Of a stretch of 64,000 bases of DNA, positions 56,849 through 64,000 are shown piece by piece (the stretch's first letter is position 1; every line of letters starts with the position of its first letter). The translations under genes and the position numbers were made by a program. The DNA comes from Candidatus Obscuribacterales bacterium (lineage in GTDB: Bacteria > Cyanobacteriota > Vampirovibrionia > Obscuribacterales > Obscuribacteraceae). The notes under the pieces were generated by a model that was not told the DNA's origin, made no database searches, and worked only from the letters and a program-made list of their open reading frames with translations. The DNA lies in the NCBI GenBank assembly GCA_965228855.1, contig CBDDIJ010000003.1:3264001-3328000 (forward strand), written 5' to 3'.

Positions 56849-58340
56849 CGAACTGAAAAAGATTGACTTTCCAAACCATGATGGCGGCAGCTTTCGAATT
56901 GCCTTGAAGCTACCATACGAGCGAGCCGGTATTATTTTGCTGAAGATGACCTGGCCCTGCCTGCCTTTCGCAGGGTATTACATTTACTTGAGAACATCGC
57001 TCGGGTTTCAGGAGTTTTCAGGGAGCCTTTTTGAAATAATCAGCGTTGCCATCGGCGTGCTGCTATTCTGCTCGTATATCGCAATGCTGATCATCGTTTC
57101 AAACAAACAACTCATTCTTCGCCAATCGACTATAACTCTTCCGGCTCAGTTCTTCTTGCTCACTTGGAACAAACTAACCTGGCGATGGTCGCATTTGGTC
57201 GGAGTCACCTTTGCAAAGAGCGGACCGGACGTGGGTTCTGCAAATCAAATAATTTTGAATTTTCAGGACGAATATATGGACCAGCCAATACGCGCTCACA
57301 TTAAGCTCACCGAAATCAATCAGCTAGACTTGAAGAAGCTGGTTTACGCTATCGTGACAAACGCACCGCATGCGGTGATTGAGCCGGCACTAAATGAGGT
57401 GGCATTAGAATTCCCGACCATATCCGGTATTAAGCATTTGAACTTTCACAGCTTCACGAGCCTCTGGGATGAAGAATTTTCAGCGCGCTATTCTCTGACG
57501 CTTTTCGTGCCTTTAGCGCCCGCGGACGAGCTGAGAAACGGCTCAATTAAAATAACAGAATTAGTTGCATGTGGCGGTTCTGCTGCGATTTACTCTGCCA
57601 GAGATTCGAAGGGCGATCAAATAATTGTCAAAGAAGCAGTGATACCTAAAAATACTCCCGAAGCTCTAAAGGCGAAGGCAATTGAAATGTTCAATCGTGA
57701 GGCGATGTTTTTGAGCCTTCTCGACCATCCCAATATTGCCAAAGTGATGGACCACTTTGTCGAAAACGATCATCACTACGAGGTTATCGAGTTCATAGAT
57801 GGGCTTGACTTAAGGCGATTCGTGAAGGAGCGCGGACCGCAACCGGAAGATTTTGTTCTGAATTGGGCCCAGCAAATCTGCGAGATTCTGGTCTACCTGC
57901 ATTCGCAAGAACCGCCAGTTATCCACCGAGACCTCACTCCGGACAACCTGGTTCTTCGAGTGGATGGTCAACTGGTTCTAATCGATTTCGGTGCAGCTAA
58001 CGCATTTGTGGGGACAGCGACAGGCACGATGGTCGGCAAGCAATCGTATATGCCGCCCGAGCAATTGCGTGGTAAGGCAGTTCCACAGAGTGATATCTAT
58101 TCGCTCGGCGGCACTTGCTATTTCCTCCTGACAGGAAAGGATCCGACGCCTCTAGAGGTTTCTAAGATCAAGGGTGAAAATCAACCTGGCGCGAACCTTA
58201 ATCCGCTTCTGGCAAAGTGTACGGCATTGGAAGCATCAGCCCGCTACCAGTCCGCCACGGAGGTGCTGGACGACATTCTCCGAATCCGCCAGCAACGAGT
58301 CCTGGAAGCTTCGTCCGATACCGTGAAAAAGATCAACTAA
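56835..58340 (+). CDS. Membrane-anchored Ser/Thr protein kinase
   Basis: Two TM helices; IIVKE, IHRDLTPDNL, DFG, YMPPEQ, SDIYSLG; overlaps the upstream kinase. Confidence 0.92.
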   Translation: MSESDELKKIDFPNHDGGSFRIALKLPYERAGIILLKMTWPCLPFAGYYIYLRTSLGFQEFSGSLFEIISVAIGVLLFCSYIAMLIIVSNKQLILRQSTITLPAQFFLLTWNKLTWRWSHLVGVTFAKSGPDVGSANQIILNFQDEYMDQPIRAHIKLTEINQLDLKKLVYAIVTNAPHAVIEPALNEVALEFPTISGIKHLNFHSFTSLWDEEFSARYSLTLFVPLAPADELRNGSIKITELVACGGSAAIYSARDSKGDQIIVKEAVIPKNTPEALKAKAIEMFNREAMFLSLLDHPNIAKVMDHFVENDHHYEVIEFIDGLDLRRFVKERGPQPEDFVLNWAQQICEILVYLHSQEPPVIHRDLTPDNLVLRVDGQLVLIDFGAANAFVGTATGTMVGKQSYMPPEQLRGKAVPQSDIYSLGGTCYFLLTGKDPTPLEVSKIKGENQPGANLNPLLAKCTALEASARYQSATEVLDDILRIRQQRVLEASSDTVKKIN

Positions 58341-58360
58341 ACCGAGCAAGTTTTGAACAA

Positions 58361-58383
58361 AAGGGGGAGCTTTCCTCCCCCTT
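58361..58383. terminator. Likely bidirectional intrinsic terminator
   Basis: AAGGGGGAG-CTTTC-CTCCCCCTT stem flanked by A-rich and T-rich runs between convergent genes. Confidence 0.7.
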
Positions 58384-58410
58384 ACTTTTCAGCTGATTTG
58401 GTGATCCCAA

Positions 58411-58674
58411 CTAGTCGACGTTACCGTCTCCATCATAGTGCTTCATGTGATACTGATGGGTTCGGTAATACTTACCGTAATACGGATTGTTCTCGTAGTA
58501 GTATTTCCGTACTGGTCTAACTACGGGCACGTCCACCTTGCCACCCGTTCGGGCTCTGTCGCCAATCCCGCCCTTGGCGCTTGAATGGCGCAAGTTATCC
58601 GGTGCGGCATTCGCAGCTGGAACTGTGAAACCAACTATCACTGCTGTAGCGAGCAGTAAATTCAAACCTTTCAT
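58411..58674 (-). CDS. Small secreted Tyr-rich hypothetical protein (87 aa)
   Basis: RBS AAGGAGG, MKGLNLLLATAV..ANA signal peptide. Confidence 0.7.
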   Translation of the reverse strand: MKGLNLLLATAVIVGFTVPAANAAPDNLRHSSAKGGIGDRARTGGKVDVPVVRPVRKYYYENNPYYGKYYRTHQYHMKHYDGDGNVD

Positions 58675-58863
58675 GCGATCCTCCTTGAAAAAACTTAGAC
58701 TCGCAGCTGACCGCCGCGAACGTTTCGTACTTGTATAAATCTTCTCACTTGAAGTAGCATGCAAAACGGCTTGCCATGCCCTTTTCGCCAACTTTGCAAA
58801 CCAATTCAGTGGACAAAATACACGCCCGGTTGCGTAATTCGAAGAAACTGCAAGAATGGTTGT

Positions 58864-59496
58864 ATGCTAACCGGCTCTGATTTTAAAAACTTTGTGCAAT
58901 CTCAGCTACTGAAGTCTGAGAGTCTCACGTACCTCTCCCACGAGAGACGCTCTTCCTCAGCACGAATAGGTGAGCTCTGGCAGGGGACCGCGGCCCTGTT
59001 CGCACTGATTTTTGCCATCGGTATTCTTCACCCGACGAAGGGTGCCGAAGTATACGATTTGCAACAGAGACTTTTAGGTTCAGCTGCAATCTTCGCTATC
59101 GCCGAACTCTGTTTTGTAACCTTTTGCTGGTTCCTTTTCAGGAAAACGGAAAGAAGCATTACAGCTTTTACTAATCAGCGGATTTTACAGTTTAAATTCA
59201 AAAAGCCTGTTACAGAGCTGGATGCAAACGATCTGCGACAAGCGGAAACTGAGAAGAAACAGGAGATTCCCTACGATCTGATCAAATCCGCACGATTGAT
59301 TTCACAGCCCGATGACAGTGGACTGTTAGTTATGGAAGTCTACGATGGTCCCCAGAGGTCCACGTGGTATCACATCCAATTGGAAATCTACAACAGCAAC
59401 GAAGCGAGGTTATCGATACCGAATTCGGTGCGGTTAATTTTTGAGAGTACTAAAGGAAAGGACCACTCCCGCTTTCTAAGCGACCGTGATACCTGA
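58864..59496 (+). CDS. Hypothetical protein with 2 TM helices and a bacterial PH-like C-terminal region
   Basis: L...E, two TM helices, then AFTNQRIL pattern; ATG 58864 chosen within ORF 58759-59496. Confidence 0.6.
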   Translation: MLTGSDFKNFVQSQLLKSESLTYLSHERRSSSARIGELWQGTAALFALIFAIGILHPTKGAEVYDLQQRLLGSAAIFAIAELCFVTFCWFLFRKTERSITAFTNQRILQFKFKKPVTELDANDLRQAETEKKQEIPYDLIKSARLISQPDDSGLLVMEVYDGPQRSTWYHIQLEIYNSNEARLSIPNSVRLIFESTKGKDHSRFLSDRDT

Positions 59497-59537
59497 CCCC
59501 TCTTAACTCTCGTCGGTGCTTTACCCGACAACAACAA

Positions 59538-59870
59538 CTACACCACCAGCAAGTCCTGCAAGCTCAGTTGCCGACCAAGTTTGCTGGATTCATGCGCAAT
59601 CACTTTCCGCAGTCGATGTGGTCGCAAACAGAACGACTTGTTTCTGCGATAGACAAAACCAAGTTTCTCCAGTTTTTTGACAGTTTCAGTAAATTTTGAC
59701 GGCAAATCCGGTGTCGGTCCTTCGGCGTCTAACCAACGTATTGCGGCTCGACATTCAGATAATGTTCGCAATATAGGTGTGCCCGAGAAGGATATCTCGA
59801 ATTGAGAGGTCTCGGTTTCCCCAGCGCTTACCACTTCCACTTCACTCGTTGTTTTTTCGTTAACCAGCAT
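59538..59870 (-). CDS. Hypothetical protein (possible winged-helix-like)
   Basis: RBS AAGGAGG before ATG; VKKLEKLGFV motif. Confidence 0.55.
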   Translation of the reverse strand: MLVNEKTTSEVEVVSAGETETSQFEISFSGTPILRTLSECRAAIRWLDAEGPTPDLPSKFTETVKKLEKLGFVYRRNKSFCLRPHRLRKVIAHESSKLGRQLSLQDLLVV

Positions 59871-60287
59871 CTTGCCTCCTTAAGTATTCATCAGCCCGTT
59901 CCGCGTGACTCACCTCCAATGCGAGATCTGCCCGCAAGCGAAACTTGCGGAGCGAAAGACTTTTTTCCTCTATCCCTATTATAGCACAGAAACCGCAAAC
60001 GGTGCCACACTCAACACCCGAAGCAATCAGTCAATTTCTGCCACCATCTGCGGTGTCACCAACTTACTTAGCAATTTATTTACTGTTGATTTTGATGAAG
60101 GTGGTCTTGCAAGAGCAATTCGCCCACCCACAGGTGTAACGGAATCGATTACTCCACCTTGCTTGTAAATGTCTAAATGAGGTAACCTTACTCGAACTCT
60201 TCAGGCGCAGGGAGTTGAAGCACCTCAGACCTCCTGAAGCCGCAACGTCCAATACCCTGGCGAGAACAGTAGACCTGAGGAAGTCCA

Positions 60288-61676
60288 TTGAAAGAGAACA
60301 GTTGCTCGTCGGTTGCAACCAACGAACAAGTACAGAAGAATGCCGAAGGGCCAAACAACTGGATATCACGCGTATTAAGCCCGCCCGCTACTGGAACAGA
60401 AATGCCACCTTTCTTCAGACACGTATCAGAACCTGGTCTCTCGTCGCTACAGCGTCGCCTGGAAGATTTGAGCCGGTTGACGACCTCGTTTCTGATGCTC
60501 CTGTCGGCGTCTACAGTAATTGCTACCCTCGGTTTGTTTCAAAACAGTCCAGCCGTGATAATCGGCGCCATGATCATCGCGCCTCTGATGCGACCACTGG
60601 TTGGTCTGTCGCTAGGGACCTTGACTGGAGATAGCCGCCTTATTGCTCGTGCCGTAATTACTCTTGCCGTTGGAACGATCCTCGGAGTGATTTTATCGGC
60701 GATTCTTGGCCTCATCTTTCGGTCACTGGAACTGACTCCCGAAATATTGAACAGAACGCACCCAACCTTGCTCGACATGGGAGTCGCCATCGCAGCCGGA
60801 GCGATAGGTGCTTATTGCCAAGCCAACGAAAAGCTGAGCGAATCACTTGCAGGTGTTGCAATATCTGTGGCTCTTGTCCCTCCGCTGAGCGTCGTAGGAA
60901 TTGGTATCGCTTTCGGTGCTATTACAGTGTCCTTCGGAGCGCTGCTGCTATATGCAACAAACCTTGTCGGGATCACAGTTGCCGGAGCAATCGTTTTTCT
61001 GTTGCTCGGATACACACCGCTGCATCAGGCGACTAAGGGCTTAGCGCTGTCAGCCTTCGTAAGCCTGGTTCTTATTATTCCACTGGGATTTAGTATGCGC
61101 GAACTGGTCGTTGAAAACCAGATAAGCGCAAATATCAAATACATTCTCAAGGAGAAAACCCTGACGTTTAAGGACGTCCAACTTGATTCTGTAAAAGTCG
61201 AGCGCTTTAGGGAGCCGATGATCGTGTCAGCAACTGTGATGGCGCCGGAGCAACCGATTACACAGCGCCAGGTCACTCTCGTACGAGAATTTCTGGTAAA
61301 GGAATTGAACATACCGATTGAATTCAAACTGAAAATAATTCCTGTTACTCAAATTCAATCAGAGGTCTCTGCGACTGATGGAAATGCCACAACTGTGGAT
61401 CATTCAATCCGACCAGAGCGTACGGATAATCAAAACAGCGACAACTCACCTGTAGAGCCAGATCAAACAACGGCAGCAGAAACTGAACCTTCTACGGAGA
61501 ACTCTTCCGAAGGAAATTCGAGTCCAGCAGAACAGATACCGCCATCGGCTCTAGGCTCGACCAAACAGCCTCAAGTTCAGCAGTCCCAGCAGCTGCAGCA
61601 GGAACAACAACAATCAGCGCCGCAACAACTACCGCAGCCGACAGATAATCAATCTGGCGCCAACACCGAACAGTAA
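60288..61676 (+). CDS. DUF389 (TIGR00341-like) membrane protein with Gln/Ser-rich tail
   Basis: IATLGL..NSPAVIIGAMIIAPLM, RTHPTLLD, LAGVAISVALVPPL. Confidence 0.9.
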   Translation: MKENSCSSVATNEQVQKNAEGPNNWISRVLSPPATGTEMPPFFRHVSEPGLSSLQRRLEDLSRLTTSFLMLLSASTVIATLGLFQNSPAVIIGAMIIAPLMRPLVGLSLGTLTGDSRLIARAVITLAVGTILGVILSAILGLIFRSLELTPEILNRTHPTLLDMGVAIAAGAIGAYCQANEKLSESLAGVAISVALVPPLSVVGIGIAFGAITVSFGALLLYATNLVGITVAGAIVFLLLGYTPLHQATKGLALSAFVSLVLIIPLGFSMRELVVENQISANIKYILKEKTLTFKDVQLDSVKVERFREPMIVSATVMAPEQPITQRQVTLVREFLVKELNIPIEFKLKIIPVTQIQSEVSATDGNATTVDHSIRPERTDNQNSDNSPVEPDQTTAAETEPSTENSSEGNSSPAEQIPPSALGSTKQPQVQQSQQLQQEQQQSAPQQLPQPTDNQSGANTEQ

Positions 61677-61830
61677 TGTCGAATCCGTTTTTCTTCTATT
61701 TAATGTCGCGCCGGATGTTGTCAAAGGAGATATCTTTATGGCGATAAACATCGCGCAGGCCTGATCAGTGAAACCATTCTGAAACAGTCCTTTTGCGATC
61801 ATCGCAAATCCCGAAGGGAATCTTTCGTTG

Positions 61831-62838
61831 ATGAATATCTGGATCCAATTCACTCTTTGCGCGGGCGTAATTCTTTACGCAGGCAGTCGCCTGAGCATCT
61901 ACGGGGACGCAATTGCCGACAAAACAGGACTTGGCAAGAGCTGGGTCGGATTAGTTCTACTTGCAACCGTGACCTCTCTGCCAGAACTCATCACCGGAGT
62001 TAGCTCGGTCACCTTGAACGATCTTCCCGACATGGCTGTGAGCGGCACCATTGGCAGTTGCATGTTCAACATGATGGTGATCGCCATTTTAGATCTGCTG
62101 TCCAGACATCGCCCGGTATCGCATATGGTGCATCAGGGACACATGATCTCGTGCGGTTTTGGGATAATTCTCTTGTCATTAGTGTCAATCGACATTGTTT
62201 TTGGAAAACACTTTCCAGCCATTACCGCACTCAATTCCCTTGATCCTGCGAGCATACTTTTCGTACTAATTTATCTACTTGCGATGCGACTCATCTATGA
62301 CTATGAAAAGGGCCGACTCTCGGAATTCGTTGAAGAGGTAGTAGAAGCAACCGCTAACACTCAAAAAAGTTTGACTTACATCCTTGGCATGTTTTTGCTA
62401 AATTCTCTGCTCATCGTGGTTGCGGCATGCTATCTTCCTGGCATTGGCGAGCAGATAGCTGCTCAAACCGGCATGGGTGAGAGCTTTATCGGCACATCAT
62501 TCATAGCCATAACCACATCATTGCCGGAAATTACTGTGTCGATTGCAGCCGCTCGCATGGGCGCGTTCGATATGGCAGTTGGCAACTTACTCGGAAGCAA
62601 TCTGTTCAACATCGGAATTCTTTCAATCATCGATGCCTGTTACACCAAGGCGCCGCTTCTGCGAACCGTTTCGCTCACAAATTCCGCGACAGCTCTGTTC
62701 GCGAGTATTGCTCTGGCAATCGTTGTAATTGGACTGACCTATCGATCGGAAAAGAAATTCTGGTTCCTCGCCGGCGATGCGATTGCGATTTGCCTTGTCT
62801 ATTGCGCCTCTTGCGCACTCCTGTTCTTCGCGAATTAA
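61831..62838 (+). CDS. Sodium:calcium antiporter (YrbG-like, CaCA family)
   Basis: Two alpha-repeats ATVTSLPEL and AITTSLPEI; GNLLGSNLFN. Confidence 0.92.
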   Translation: MNIWIQFTLCAGVILYAGSRLSIYGDAIADKTGLGKSWVGLVLLATVTSLPELITGVSSVTLNDLPDMAVSGTIGSCMFNMMVIAILDLLSRHRPVSHMVHQGHMISCGFGIILLSLVSIDIVFGKHFPAITALNSLDPASILFVLIYLLAMRLIYDYEKGRLSEFVEEVVEATANTQKSLTYILGMFLLNSLLIVVAACYLPGIGEQIAAQTGMGESFIGTSFIAITTSLPEITVSIAAARMGAFDMAVGNLLGSNLFNIGILSIIDACYTKAPLLRTVSLTNSATALFASIALAIVVIGLTYRSEKKFWFLAGDAIAICLVYCASCALLFFAN

Positions 62839-63043
62839 TCCGTTGAGAAGGTGCAGCCGCGCACGGCTTTCCGTTAACCTCCCAAGCAAAACTATCCGCT
62901 GAAATTTCGCTGGACCCTCTATGCGTATACGTTTTCAAAGAAATGTCGGAGCAACCGAATAAAGTTCAAGAGTAGTCGGCCAATGCTCAGCTTTGAATGC
63001 CATAAAACGGGAAGAACATAGAAAGAGTAAAAGGGTTTGCCCA

Positions 63044-64000
63044 TTGTCGGATTATCAAACGGAAAAGGAAAAGGTCGTCCTCAAGACCACGCAGAGCTCG
63101 CCGGAAGACGGTTTGAGCGATTCGTCGCTTGATGGCTCACCTGATCTTGGCGCTCGTTATGAAATCCACGAGTGCCTCGGTCGCGGGGGAATGGGTGCGG
63201 TTTACAAAATCTATGATAAAGACCTTGCATGCTTTCTTGCCGCCAAAGTAATCCGTCAAGAATTGGCAGAAAATGCGCAAGCTGTTAAACGTTTCGACCA
63301 AGAGATTAAGGCAGCGTCGAACCTGTCCCACGAGAATTTAGTTCATGTGTACGGCGGCGGTCGTTCTGAATCAAACGTGCCGTACATGCTTATGGATTTT
63401 ATCGATGGAGTCAGCTTATCTGATGCACTCAAACGCGGTCCACTCGGTGCGGAGCGCGCTCTGAATGTTTTTATTCAAGCGTGCTCTGCTCTCGAGTACG
63501 CCCACAAGTCCAACGTTATTCACCGTGATCTTAAACCAAGCAACATAATGCTCAAGAAGACCGAATCCGGAGAAGAGTGCGTTCGTCTTCTAGACTTTGG
63601 AATCGCCAAGGTTTTGCCGAGCGAAGGCGCCGATTTTAGCAAAACAAATCTGACGCAAACCGGAGACGTCTTCGGAAGCCCGCTCTACATGTCGCCTGAG
63701 CAGTGCCAGAACAATCCCCAGGACGCCCGCTCAGACATCTACGCGCTCGGTTGTGTTATGTATGAGGCGCTGACAGGCATCCAACCCTTTGCGGAAGATA
63801 ATCCAGTCAAAATAATCTTGAAGCATATGAACTACGAGCCGCCATTGGTATCGACGCGCCTTCCCAATTTCCCGCATTTAAAAGTCTTCGACGCTGTCAT
63901 TCAAAAGTGCCTTGAAAAAGATCCGGCAGATCGATATCAAAAAATTTATGATCTCAAACGAGATCTGGAGAATATCGCTAATGGAAAACCGCCAAGCGCA
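63044..64000 (+). CDS. Ser/Thr protein kinase (PknB-like), 3'-truncated at the window end; absent from the ORF track
   Basis: Translated by hand: RYEIHECLGRGGMGAVYK, AAKV, HRDLKPSNIML, DFGIAK, GSPLYMSPEQ. Start TTG 63044 (alternative TTG 62993). Confidence 0.9.
   Translation, partial: MSDYQTEKEKVVLKTTQSSPEDGLSDSSLDGSPDLGARYEIHECLGRGGMGAVYKIYDKDLACFLAAKVIRQELAENAQAVKRFDQEIKAASNLSHENLVHVYGGGRSESNVPYMLMDFIDGVSLSDALKRGPLGAERALNVFIQACSALEYAHKSNVIHRDLKPSNIMLKKTESGEECVRLLDFGIAKVLPSEGADFSKTNLTQTGDVFGSPLYMSPEQCQNNPQDARSDIYALGCVMYEALTGIQPFAEDNPVKIILKHMNYEPPLVSTRLPNFPHLKVFDAVIQKCLEKDPADRYQKIYDLKRDLENIANGKPPSA

Noticed and set aside
1..64000. CRISPR arrays, tRNA/rRNA genes, IS elements, integrases, prophage, reverse transcriptases
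   Set aside because: No repeat-spacer periodicity, cloverleaf or rRNA signature, or transposase/integrase/RT motif seen by eye; a tool-based scan could still find small elements.

Overview
Gene-dense bacterial chromosomal window with no rRNA, tRNA, CRISPR array, transposase or phage genes that I can recognise. The repertoire (TPR-caspase, several Hanks-type Ser/Thr kinases, orphan Tad pseudopilin and secretin-N genes, many secreted hypotheticals) suggests a non-photosynthetic cyanobacterial relative such as Melainabacteria/Obscuribacterales; this taxonomy is inference only. Recognisable genes include a CPA2 cation:H+ antiporter, SOUL, cytochrome c and hemA, an acetamidase, a Tat-signal nucleoside deaminase, an alpha-2-macroglobulin-like protein, qNOR (norB), a type I secretion-like ABC/HlyD/TolC trio, the DAB CO2/bicarbonate pump (dabB/dabA), cysD and a Na+/Ca2+ antiporter. 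The most notable structure is a 12.7-kb locus (41.0-53.8 kb). One imperfect palindrome (AATATTCA-N6-TGCACATT-like) overlaps or immediately follows sigma70-like promoters of (i) the ABC-HlyD-TolC operon, (ii) two convergent paralogous ArsR genes that lack the usual sensory Cys pairs, and (iii) an operon of degenerate MurF-like gene, dabB, dabA, DUF6671-like gene and cysD. This is a candidate undescribed inorganic-carbon-linked regulon. Also notable are a two-gene, three-domain secreted helical protein family (17.7-20.4 kb) and two candidate structured RNAs (about 10.96 kb and 54.0 kb). All family assignments come from motif recognition by eye, without database searches.
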